Shown here piece after piece: positions 35,699 through 45,247 of a stretch of 64,000 nucleotides of DNA; the stretch's first letter is position 1; every line of letters begins with the position of its first letter. The stretch is from contig JAVBQB010000002.1 of assembly GCA_031549265.1 (NCBI GenBank), positions 114,210 to 178,209 of the forward strand, written 5' to 3'. The DNA comes from Oscillospiraceae bacterium (GTDB lineage: Bacteria > Bacillota > Clostridia > Oscillospirales > JAVBQB01). The notes under the pieces were generated by a model. That model searched no databases. It saw only the letters and a program-made list of their open reading frames with translations, and was not told where the DNA came from. Position numbers and translations under genes: made by a program.

Positions 35699-37337
35699 CC
35701 ACAAGCTGCCGTTCAGGCTGCTGTTTATTACCGAGTATGACGACCCGCGAGTATCGCTGGCGGAGCGGTTTTGCTGCGACTACGGCCAGTTTTTGCTGAT
35801 GGACATCGTCAGCGCCGAGATCGAGGAGAACGACAACGTCTCGATCTTGTTCGACAGCGCGGACCGGGACGCCAGGTTCTATCTGGAGGCGCTGGATTCC
35901 ATTCCGGCGAGCCCGCTTACCAGAATTGACGGTCAGGGGCGGTATTACAGAATGCCATCCGAGCAAAAGTTCGCGCTCTACCGCAACTGTTCCGGCGGAG
36001 AATACTGCGCGCTGCGGGTGGGAATATACCGGATTATCGTAGAGGCGTGCGGAAAGCAGTTTTTCGGCGCTCTGAGGGTGCGTCCCAAACAGCTTTCGCA
36101 CAACGAATGGTCCGAGATGATCGAGGAGCTTGAGAGCGAGTCCGCGGGACTTGCGCGGGAGTTCGGCAAAAGTGAAAGCCGTCAGCCGACTGACGGGCTC
36201 ACGGGCAGGCATGAGCGGTCCTACAGGACGCTGAAAAAGCACACGGGCTCGCTGCTGCGTATTTTTGGCACGGCTGATGACAGGATTCTCCCGTCCGGAG
36301 GCGCGGGGGCAAGCCGGAGCTGCCCGGCTCAAAAGCGCGAACTGATCTGCAAAACCGCGCGACTCTGCCGCCGTGAGCTTGACGAGATTCTGAGCATTGC
36401 TGGACTGGCGGACGTTGGAGTCAGCGCCGGTAACGGCGAGGCGCCGGGTGCGGGAGACATGCCGGATGCCGGGGAGCTGCGGAACTTTATCCCGACGGCG
36501 CGCAGACTAAGACTAGCCGCCGCGGGGGTATGCCGCCGCTACCGGGTGGCGGGAAATTCGAACGGCGCGGCGGGAGCTATGCCTGATACGCCGGGCGATG
36601 CCGAGTGCGCCCTGCTGGCTGCGATATGCAGGACGCTCGCCGGGCGCGAGCCGAAATCGACCGCGAAAATGCGGTTTTCGGGAGTTTGGAAGACCAGCAG
36701 CAATCTTTACGAACGCTGGTGCTTTATGAAGATATACCACATGTTTCGCGCGAGGTACAAGATGCTGCCGTCTGTAAAGTGCGAGGCGGCGGAAAGTGGT
36801 TCCGATACCGCTGACCTTTACGACTGGGAGCGGGTTTCCTTTCTTCGCGGCGGGGATATTCGGCTGGATCTGGTATATGACCGGGCGCTCCCGATCAGCG
36901 GAGATAATACTGACAGCGAAATCCACCCATTATGGATACGCTCTGAGAAAGCCGGTTTCAGGCCGGACATACTGATAAATATTTTCGAATATACCAGCGG
37001 CAGGTATTTTGGCAGCATTGTGCTGGAGTGCAAATACCGAAAGTTTAAGAGCTTTTGGGAGAGTACGCTGTCGTCCAAGGAACAGATCATATCCTATCAG
37101 GAGAAATCGCGTTCAAAGTTCTATCTTTCCGAACGGATTGACGTCAGACCGGTGCAAAAGGTGTTTGTATTAAATCCCGATCTCGGGGGAGTGGAGCGCG
37201 AAAGCGGTACTGTGGTAATCAGCAGAATGCGACCCAAGGACGAGACGTCGCTCGCGGCCACGGTTGACGCCATTGACCGGGCGATTGAAAGCGCGTGCGA
37301 GATCGCGGTCACTTTTAACAGATTACTGGGCGTTTGA
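35682..37337 (+). CDS. McrC-like protein: N-terminal domain, low-complexity linker and C-terminal PD-(D/E)xK nuclease
   Basis: C-terminal signature LYERWCFMKIY...GFRPD(36966-36968)ILINIF...GSIVLE-C-K(37026-37034)YRK. 17-nt overlap with the upstream NTPase gene. 551 aa. Confidence 0.7.
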   Translation: MAIAFDHKLPFRLLFITEYDDPRVSLAERFCCDYGQFLLMDIVSAEIEENDNVSILFDSADRDARFYLEALDSIPASPLTRIDGQGRYYRMPSEQKFALYRNCSGGEYCALRVGIYRIIVEACGKQFFGALRVRPKQLSHNEWSEMIEELESESAGLAREFGKSESRQPTDGLTGRHERSYRTLKKHTGSLLRIFGTADDRILPSGGAGASRSCPAQKRELICKTARLCRRELDEILSIAGLADVGVSAGNGEAPGAGDMPDAGELRNFIPTARRLRLAAAGVCRRYRVAGNSNGAAGAMPDTPGDAECALLAAICRTLAGREPKSTAKMRFSGVWKTSSNLYERWCFMKIYHMFRARYKMLPSVKCEAAESGSDTADLYDWERVSFLRGGDIRLDLVYDRALPISGDNTDSEIHPLWIRSEKAGFRPDILINIFEYTSGRYFGSIVLECKYRKFKSFWESTLSSKEQIISYQEKSRSKFYLSERIDVRPVQKVFVLNPDLGGVERESGTVVISRMRPKDETSLAATVDAIDRAIESACEIAVTFNRLLGV

Positions 37338-37403
37338 AAAACGAAAGCCCCGCGCAGCCTCGGAACTATGAGGCTTTGATCTTAATAGAACGCAGAAATA
37401 AGT

Positions 37404-37433
37404 AACGCGCCGGGGAATTACACCCGGCGCGTT
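37404..37433. terminator. Bidirectional terminator between the McrBC-like operon and convergent hydF
   Basis: An 11-bp stem, AACGCGCCGGG pairing with CCCGGCGCGTT, with an 8-nt loop. Confidence 0.6.
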
Positions 37434-37448
37434 CAGTTTAGCGCTCGA

Positions 37449-38636
37449 TTAATAGACAATCCGGTCGAGAATGCCGCCGGTTTTCGCGAACGCGATGCCA
37501 AAATTGGTAACAGGCACTCCTTTTTCCCGCGCCGCCGCGATGCGCGTCAAAAACAGCCGCCGGTTGATCATGCAGCCGCCGCAGTGCACGACAAGCGCGA
37601 ACCCCGAAAGCTCGGGCGGGGAGTCCGATCCCGAGCACACCTCGAAGGCAAGCGTTTTGCCGGTGGCTTTTCTGATCGCGCCCGGCAGCTTTTCGGTGGC
37701 AATATCGCCGCACTGGCGGTGGTGCGTGCACGCCTCCATGACCAGTATCCGGTCGCCGTCGTGGAGATTGCCGATGGCGTTCGCGCCGCTGACCAGCAAA
37801 TCGATATCGCCCTTAAAACCGGCGAACAGCACCGAAAACGAGGTCAGCCGGATGTCCGGACTCAAAATTCGGTTCACTTTATCGAACACCTGTGAATCGC
37901 AGATGACCAGATCGGGACGGGGCAGGGATTCGAGCGCTTGTTCCAGCTGGGCATCGGTGATGATTGTGGCTATCGCGCCGTTGTCGAGCAGATCGCGCAG
38001 CATTTGCACCTGCGGAAGGATCAGCCGTCCTTTTGGCGCCTGGATATCCTGCGGCGCGACAAGTAAAACGTGGTCTCCGGGATTTACCAAATGGCCGGCC
38101 AGCGACAGACGTTCGAAATCGAGCGGCGCGTTCGCGGATATAAACGACTTGACGGCGGTGGCCGCCGACGGATCTCCCAGCAAATCAACGCTCAGATACG
38201 ACGCGCCATCAAAAGCGGCGGGTCGGCCGGAGTCGGTCTCCCCTGATCTCAGGTTCCGTATGACGATTGTGGGAATACCCCGCGCCGACGCCAGACTAAA
38301 CAGCTCGGTCTCGCTCGAAAGTTCGGCGCCGTCTCCCGCGATTATTATGACGGCGAGGTCGGTTCGGTCGAGAATGTCGAGCGACTTGCCGCGGCGCTGC
38401 CTGCCGAGTGCGCTGTCGTCGTCCAGTCCTGCGGTGTCGGTGATCTGTACGGGTCCCACCGGGTAAAGCTCCATTGCCTTGGACACGGGATCGGTGGTGG
38501 TACCGCGAATCGGGCTGACAATGGACAGGCTCTGGCCGGTAATTATATTGAGCAGCGTCGATTTGCCGGCGTTGATTTTGCCGAAAATGCCGATGTGAAG
38601 GCGATTGGCGATTGGCGTCTGGTTGAAATCACTCAT
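37449..38636 (-). CDS. hydF: [FeFe]-hydrogenase H-cluster maturation GTPase HydF
   Basis: G-domain IGIFGKINAGKSTLLN, TTDPV and DTAGLDD. C-terminal cluster ligands CTHH...VVHCGGC. Confidence 0.9.
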   Translation of the reverse strand: MSDFNQTPIANRLHIGIFGKINAGKSTLLNIITGQSLSIVSPIRGTTTDPVSKAMELYPVGPVQITDTAGLDDDSALGRQRRGKSLDILDRTDLAVIIIAGDGAELSSETELFSLASARGIPTIVIRNLRSGETDSGRPAAFDGASYLSVDLLGDPSAATAVKSFISANAPLDFERLSLAGHLVNPGDHVLLVAPQDIQAPKGRLILPQVQMLRDLLDNGAIATIITDAQLEQALESLPRPDLVICDSQVFDKVNRILSPDIRLTSFSVLFAGFKGDIDLLVSGANAIGNLHDGDRILVMEACTHHRQCGDIATEKLPGAIRKATGKTLAFEVCSGSDSPPELSGFALVVHCGGCMINRRLFLTRIAAAREKGVPVTNFGIAFAKTGGILDRIVY

Positions 38637-38733
38637 GACGTCACCCCTGAATAATTCATATTACAATTATATGTTATCACACCAAATCCGGAAATTCCAC
38701 ATATTTTATTATTACAGCAGCCAAAAGCGGGGC

Positions 38734-38780
38734 AAAAAAATGCGGCGCGCGCCCCGAAGCAAATCTTCAGGGCGCGCGCG
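38734..38780 (-). terminator. Rho-independent terminator of the small Cys-rich gene
   Basis: GC-rich stem of about 14 bp with bulges (38745-38779), followed on the minus strand by T7 (plus-strand A-run 38734-38740). Confidence 0.6.
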
Positions 38781-38851
38781 GGGCTTCCTTTTCCGGCCGG
38801 GTTAAGGATTATGTATCCCCTCGACCATCAGGGGTGAGCTTTACGCGGGAA

Positions 38852-38968
38852 TTAGCACTTGTCGCAGTCATCGTTGCAGCAGCAGCAGATAACTATGATC
38901 GCGAGGATAATGAGGATCCAGAGCCAGCAATCGTTGTCGCCGCATCCACCGAAAAAGCCTCTTGACAT
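38852..38968 (-). CDS. Small Cys-rich membrane peptide (38 aa), possibly sporulation or coat related; absent from the ORF track
   Basis: GGGAGG RBS 8 nt before the ATG (38966-38968). Translation MSRGFFGGCGDNDCWLWILIILAIIVICCCCNDDCDKC. It has its own terminator. Confidence 0.55.
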   Translation of the reverse strand: MSRGFFGGCGDNDCWLWILIILAIIVICCCCNDDCDKC

Positions 38969-38999
38969 TGATTTTTACCTCCCGTTTGTTATTACACTA

Positions 39000-39026
39000 T
39001 ATACTATGCAAACGGCGGCAAAGGGT
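39000..39026 (-). promoter_or_regulatory. Sigma-K/sigma-E-like promoter candidate (AC-16 nt-CATAGTATA) for the Cys-rich peptide gene
   Basis: On the minus strand, CATAGTATA is the reverse complement of 39000-39008, with AC 16 nt upstream. This matches the B. subtilis sigma-K consensus AC-N16/17-CATAnnnTA. Confidence 0.25.
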
Positions 39027-39426
39027 GAAAACCGGCACGGAATTTTAACAAATCTGTCACAAGCTGTAGTTTGACCGCGTGTAAAGAGCATAGCAAAACG
39101 GGAGCATTCCACTATTGCCGGAGCGCTCAAACGCAGTTGTTGCGGAGGGGACAATTTAACTTATTTCAAGTTTGCGCCACACAAAAATGAAAAATAGATT
39201 TCCCAGTATTTTTCGATAATCATCTTTTTGCCCGGGCAGAAAAGCGGGCCGCGCGGCAGGATTTATCGAGGCTCGGGGGGGCGGAGGCACACCGGTTCCA
39301 CACACTATGGTGATGGGGCTCAGCGAGCCTTGTTGCCTCTCATCCGGCGAAAAGTACTAATCCGGCAGTCTTGGGTCAGGAATTTGCGGCGCAAAATCTC
39401 GTAGGCTGTGATTCTTGTGATACCGC

Positions 39427-39455
39427 TTGAAAAGCCTACACACTAATGGTAAAAT
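39427..39455 (+). promoter_or_regulatory. Orphan sigma-A promoter (TTGAAA-17 nt-TGgTAAAAT) with no CDS downstream
   Basis: TTGAAA at 39427-39432, an extended -10 TG at 39447-39448, and TAAAAT at 39450-39455. Confidence 0.4.
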
Positions 39456-39461
39456 ATGTCT

Positions 39462-39528
39462 GCTACTCATTTTTAAAGAACAGTTATGGGCGGAGTATGC
39501 TTTGGGGAAAGTGCCGCCATACTTTTTT
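39462..39528 (+). ncRNA. Candidate short (~65 nt) sRNA defined by the orphan promoter and a hairpin plus T6
   Basis: The predicted TSS is near 39462. A hairpin (TATGGGCGG...CCGCCATA, or AGTATG/CATACT) ends in TTTTTT at 39523-39528. Only a 6-codon ORF is present. Confidence 0.2.
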
Positions 39529-39595
39529 AAACTGAGGTATTCGCGGACACACTGCAACTAAACAGCAAAAGCAAATGGAGACATAGTTTGCCGAT

Positions 39596-39633
39596 GAAAA
39601 ATAAAGCGGGGACAGAATCACTCCCGTCCCCGC
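39596..39633 (-). terminator. Rho-independent terminator of gap
   Basis: Stem GCGGGGAC (39606-39613) pairing with GTCCCCGC (39626-39633). On the minus strand it is followed by TTTATTTTT. Confidence 0.7.
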
Positions 39634-39653
39634 GTATTAATATTGCGTTTGAT

Positions 39654-40706
<1,053 letters not shown>

Positions 40707-40708
40707 TT

Positions 40709-40737
40709 ATTATATACGGAATATGCAAAATCTACAA
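40709..40737 (-). promoter_or_regulatory. gap promoter candidate (TTGTAG-17 nt-TATAAT)
   Basis: On the minus strand, the -35 box is the reverse complement of 40732-40737 and the -10 box is the reverse complement of 40709-40714. Confidence 0.35.
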
Positions 40738-41084
40738 GCGAATCTGCAAAAATGATTTGCAATTCTTCGTAATTAGTGCTATGAATATGTTGTCTAGATC
40801 TATTTGTTTTTTGCCTTGATATTTTTAATTAATTTTGATAGAATGGTATGGAACATATAAAAATCAGTCCGTTTCCGACAAAACTAACATGAACCATGTG
40901 AAATAACACCTGTTTGGTAGAGAATTAACAATATCGCTCAAGAAAATCCTACGGTGCCGCCGCGTATGTTTTCGGCCAAAACGATTTACCGAAAACCCGC
41001 AAATAATTACACACTTTGGGAATACTAGTCGTGCACCGCCGTGAATGCATAATGCGATATGGCTCAGATGATAAGGAGCAAAAA

Positions 41085-42227
41085 ATGGAAATGGAAGACA
41101 GGATACGCGAACTTACACTTTTGTTTGGTTCAACCGGGATCCCGGTCATTGCCGTGCACAAGGAGCGCATAGTTTTTGTGAACGCCTGCGCTATTGAGGC
41201 TTTTGACATAGTGGATACCAACGCCAATTCGCTGTTTGAATCAGTCAGCCTGAACTCTGTCCTGAGCGACGATACCGAGACGCCTGTCCGCAGGATTTAC
41301 GTTAAAGGCAGACGTTATGACATAGACGTCTCCGTCTTGGACGGCATCTATATTATGATGTTCCGGGCGGCGCTGTCCGCATCGGAGCTGAGGAAGCATT
41401 CGGAAGATATACTGGCCTCCATCGGGCAGGAGCTGCGCACCCCGTTTACGCTGATCTTTTCGGCGATAAACCATTTGATGCCGTATACTGAAGATCAGTC
41501 GCTGGATAAATATCTGTCGGTCATCGCCCGCCAGAGTTATCTGCTGCTGAGGCTGTCCAATAATCTGATTGACGTCCGCAGGTTCAATGATCCTGAGGAA
41601 AAGCTGAAGCTGGCGTATACGAACGTCGGCGATTTTTTGATGGGCATTTGTGACGAAATCATACCGCTGATAGGCGAGCTTGAAATATCGCTTGATTACC
41701 AGTGCCAGGACGAAGACATTTGCACTATGGTGGACCGGCAGAAGCTGGAGCGCATTGTGCTGAATCTGATTTCAAACGCGCTCAAGCACACCGACAAGGG
41801 CGGCTCGGTCGCTCTGCAGCTGTCCGAGTTCCGCGACAACCTGTTTATTTCGGTCACCGACACCGGCGTCGGCGTTGCCAATGACAAAATGTCCGAGGTG
41901 TTTCGCCTTTCAACCGACCAGCGTGACGACGAGGAGGACTGCACCGGCTACGGTCTGGGGCTCATAATAGTTAAAGAAATCTCGGAGATGCACGGCGGCA
42001 GCGTCGTACTCAGCAATATGGAGGACAGGGGCACCAAGGTGACCGTGTCACTGCCGATAAAGCCCGGACGCCCGGATTCGGTGCACAGCAGCCTTGAGAC
42101 CCCCGATTACGCCGGAGGATTCTCCCATGTATTGCTGGAGCTTTCCGAAGTGCTGCCGACCAGGTGTTTCTCCGCCGCCCGAAGAACAAAGCACGCCGGC
42201 GGTGTAAAACCAACGGATAAGCACTGA
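41085..42227 (+). CDS. Soluble histidine-kinase-like protein with Gln in place of the phospho-accepting His
   Basis: The HisKA signature reads SIGQELRTPFT (Q codon CAG at 41427-41429) instead of SHELRTP. The N, G1 and G2 boxes are intact (LNLISNALKHT, DTGVGV, GYGLGL). No TM segment. AAGGAG RBS before ATG 41085. Confidence 0.8.
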   Translation: MEMEDRIRELTLLFGSTGIPVIAVHKERIVFVNACAIEAFDIVDTNANSLFESVSLNSVLSDDTETPVRRIYVKGRRYDIDVSVLDGIYIMMFRAALSASELRKHSEDILASIGQELRTPFTLIFSAINHLMPYTEDQSLDKYLSVIARQSYLLLRLSNNLIDVRRFNDPEEKLKLAYTNVGDFLMGICDEIIPLIGELEISLDYQCQDEDICTMVDRQKLERIVLNLISNALKHTDKGGSVALQLSEFRDNLFISVTDTGVGVANDKMSEVFRLSTDQRDDEEDCTGYGLGLIIVKEISEMHGGSVVLSNMEDRGTKVTVSLPIKPGRPDSVHSSLETPDYAGGFSHVLLELSEVLPTRCFSAARRTKHAGGVKPTDKH

Positions 42228-42250
42228 TAAAAACGAAAAAAAACAAAAAC

Positions 42251-42286
42251 AAAAGCGGACAGGTGAGCGAACTGTCCGCTTTTGTT
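42251..42286. terminator. Bidirectional rho-independent terminator (kinase-like gene and glgA)
   Basis: Stem AAAGCGGACAG pairing with CTGTCCGCTTT, with an A-rich tract upstream and a T-rich tract downstream. Confidence 0.75.
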
Positions 42287-42465
42287 TCTGTTAATGTTTG
42301 GGGAGGGGTAAGATGAAAACACTCAATCTCTTTGCAATATTAGAATAACAGTTCATTATTAACAAAAAAAGAACGAAAAATTAATAATGTTTAAATTCTG
42401 GAATTTGACACAACAACAACCAATTTATGCCAAACAATACACACAAAAATTGCGTCCGGCGGCGG

Positions 42466-43905
42466 TCAGCTTTTGCCTTTTTGCGAAAGCAGCGATTTGT
42501 AAAGCGCGATATATTCCGCGGCAGACTTTGACCAGCTCAAATCAAGCGACATACAGTTGGTGATCAGTTTTTGCCAGACCTTCTTGTTTCCATAGCAATC
42601 AATCGCCTGCTTGAGGACATACATCATGTCGTCTGCGTTAAAATTAGAGAAGGCAAAGCCGTTTCCGGCGCCGGTATCGGGGTCGTAAGGCTGGACGGTG
42701 TCGCGCAGGCCGCCCGTTTCACGGACGACGGGTACGGTACCGTACCGCATGCCGATCATCTGGGAGATGCCACAGGGCTCGGTCTGGGAGGGCATCAGCA
42801 AAATGTCGGCGCCCGCATAAATCATCATGGCCAGATTGTCGTTGTACATAATTTTTGCAGAAACTCTGCCTGCGTACTGCTGCTGAGCGTTTTGGAACCG
42901 CTGCTCATAATGCCATTCGCCGCGGCCGAGCACGACAAACTGCATGTCGAGGTTCATCATCGCGCCCAGCGAGACTGTCGCAAGATCAATGCCCTTGTGA
43001 TGCACCAGACGCGTAACCATCGCCACCAGCGGAATGTTCTCGTCCTGATTCAGGCCGACAAGGCGCTGCAATTCCAGTTTGTTGGCGGTTTTCTTGGCGA
43101 TGCTGTCTATCCCGAAATTCTGCAATATGCGCACGTCGGTTTCGGGATTGTACAGGTCGGTGTCTATGCCGTTGAGAATGCCCTTGAGTTTGTCTGCGTT
43201 TTCGCTGATGATGTCCTGCAACCCGCGCGCGTAAAAGGCGTAGCCCAGTTCCTTGGCGTATGTCGGGCTGACGGTGGTGACGAAGTCGGACATCAGGATG
43301 GCGGCCTTCATCAGCGATACGCCGCTGCCGAACCTCAGTACGCCGTTGGTATACAGGTCGTATGACAGGCCGAACAGGTCGCAAACGGTGTTCGCGCCGA
43401 ACTGGCCCTGGTATTCGATGTTGTGGATGGTAAACACCGTTTTGATGGATGACAGCAGCTCGTTGTCCGACAGCCTGAGGTAGATGGGAACAAGCGCAGT
43501 CTGCCAGTCGTTGCAGTGCACGATATCCGGAGTCCAGCCGAGCTCGGGGATAATATCCGCGGCGGCGCGCGAGAAATAGGCAAACCGCTCGCCGTCATCG
43601 AAATATCCGTAAAGCTCGGAACGCTTGAAATAATATTCGTTGTCAATGAAATAATAGGTTATACCGTTGTGTTTGCATTCATACAGGCCGCAGTAAAGAT
43701 TGCGCCATGCCAGGCGGATATAAATATACTTTACAAATTTCATTTTATCCCGGAGTTCCGGGGGAGTGCTCGCGTAGAGCGGAAGCAGTACCCGAACAGA
43801 AACCTTTTTATCAAAAAGTTCGCGGGGCAGTGAAGCGGCAACGTCGCCCAGTCCCCCGGTTTTAGAAAATGGGGCGGCTTCACTGGTAACAAAAAGAACT
43901 TTCAT
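42466..43905 (-). CDS. glgA: Glycogen synthase
   Basis: MKVLFVTSEAAPFSKTGGLGDV start and GT5 family features. 479 aa. Confidence 0.95.
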   Translation of the reverse strand: MKVLFVTSEAAPFSKTGGLGDVAASLPRELFDKKVSVRVLLPLYASTPPELRDKMKFVKYIYIRLAWRNLYCGLYECKHNGITYYFIDNEYYFKRSELYGYFDDGERFAYFSRAAADIIPELGWTPDIVHCNDWQTALVPIYLRLSDNELLSSIKTVFTIHNIEYQGQFGANTVCDLFGLSYDLYTNGVLRFGSGVSLMKAAILMSDFVTTVSPTYAKELGYAFYARGLQDIISENADKLKGILNGIDTDLYNPETDVRILQNFGIDSIAKKTANKLELQRLVGLNQDENIPLVAMVTRLVHHKGIDLATVSLGAMMNLDMQFVVLGRGEWHYEQRFQNAQQQYAGRVSAKIMYNDNLAMMIYAGADILLMPSQTEPCGISQMIGMRYGTVPVVRETGGLRDTVQPYDPDTGAGNGFAFSNFNADDMMYVLKQAIDCYGNKKVWQKLITNCMSLDLSWSKSAAEYIALYKSLLSQKGKS

Positions 43906-44082
43906 AATGACCTCCCTATTGGAATAACTCTCGCGTGTCGGTTGGCGCGACCGGCGTCAAAAGTTAAGTCGTAATTATTGCGCCAGCTTCGTCATTAGTA
44001 TAGCTCCAGCTTCCAGGTAAAGATTTACGCGCAGCCAAAAGAGCAGAACCACTTTTGCTTTATGCGCCTGACAGTAAACGGG

Positions 44083-45195
44083 TCAGACAACGACGCCCTT
44101 CGCGATGGCGATCGGGTACGTCTCGTGGCCCATCAGCATACGGCCTTGGTTTATCAGAACTTCTTTGTCCGTTATAGCATATGTCAGTGAAGCGTTTTCC
44201 TTGACGCGGGTGTCCTGCATCAGCACGCAATTATTGATTCTAGCTCCCTTGTGAACCCGTACCCCCCGGAAAAGAATACTGTTTGTGACCTCGCCCTCGA
44301 TGTAGCAGCCGTCGGCCACAACGCAGTTTTTTACGACCGACTCCTGACCGTAATAAGTCGAAGACTCGTCGCGCACCTTGGTTTTGATCGGGCGGCGCGC
44401 GTTAAACAGCTCACTGCGGACGTCGGGCTGAAGCAGCTCCATGCTGTGCTTGAAGTACGACGCGGCGCTGTCCAGCCTCGCGGTAAAGCCGTCAAAGACA
44501 TATCCGTGGACGGACAGGGCGCCCAGCATTTTTTGAAGGACATTGCGCTCAAAGTCGTAGAGGTTATACGCGGTGCTGTGGCTGATAAGCTTAAGGAGCA
44601 GCTGTTTTTCCATGATGTAAAAGTCCAGAGATTCGTATCCGCCGGTCTGGGGTATGTCTGCGGCGATATCGGCAACCATGCCGCCCGTTCCCAGCGTGAA
44701 GAATGTCGCGTTCTCGTGCCTGATACGCTTCTGAGTGCAGACCGCTGTAATGTCGGCGCCGCTTTCGATATGTGAGTCGTAAATATCGTCAATCGGGAAG
44801 TTCGCTATCAGGTCACCGTCCGCGATCGCCACATATTTCTGCCGGATTCGCTGAACAAACGTGGAAACCGCCGACAGCGCCTCCATTTTTCCACGGTATA
44901 TCTCGCCGACGCGGCTCTGGGCATACCCAAACGGGGGAAGCAGGCGCAGTCCGCCGCGTTTGCGGTTGAGATCCCAGTCCTTGCCTGAGCCCAGGTGGTC
45001 GAGCAGCGACTGATAATTTTCGCGCATGATAACGCCGACGTTGGTAATGCCCGCGTTAACCATGCTGGACAGCATAAAGTCAATAACACGGTACCGTCCG
45101 CCGAAGGGAAGGGACGGAGCGGCGCGCAGGTCGCCGAGCTCTTTGACCTTTGCCTGTGTGCTGTATGCCAGGATTATTCCGAACATGTCTCTCAT
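44083..45195 (-). CDS. glgD: Glucose-1-phosphate adenylyltransferase regulatory subunit GlgD
   Basis: PFGGRYRVIDFMLSSMVNAG and a left-handed beta-helix C-terminus. It lacks the GGxGxRL motif of GlgC and follows glgC. Confidence 0.9.
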   Translation of the reverse strand: MRDMFGIILAYSTQAKVKELGDLRAAPSLPFGGRYRVIDFMLSSMVNAGITNVGVIMRENYQSLLDHLGSGKDWDLNRKRGGLRLLPPFGYAQSRVGEIYRGKMEALSAVSTFVQRIRQKYVAIADGDLIANFPIDDIYDSHIESGADITAVCTQKRIRHENATFFTLGTGGMVADIAADIPQTGGYESLDFYIMEKQLLLKLISHSTAYNLYDFERNVLQKMLGALSVHGYVFDGFTARLDSAASYFKHSMELLQPDVRSELFNARRPIKTKVRDESSTYYGQESVVKNCVVADGCYIEGEVTNSILFRGVRVHKGARINNCVLMQDTRVKENASLTYAITDKEVLINQGRMLMGHETYPIAIAKGVVV

Positions 45196-45247
45196 ACGTC
45201 AAACCCTTCCTTTCCTTTTCAGTAGGCCGCCGCGGCCGCCGGTCCGC

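Noticed and set aside
33008-37448. Possibility that the McrBC-like block is part of a prophage or integrative element.
   Set aside because: No integrase, recombinase, tRNA, direct-repeat att sites or phage genes occur in or beside the block. Apart from the AT-rich start of ORF2, its composition resembles the flanking core genes.
39357-39557. 66-aa minus-strand ORF in the hydF-gap intergenic region.
   Set aside because: It has no RBS and an odd composition. It overlaps the predicted plus-strand promoter and terminator pair.
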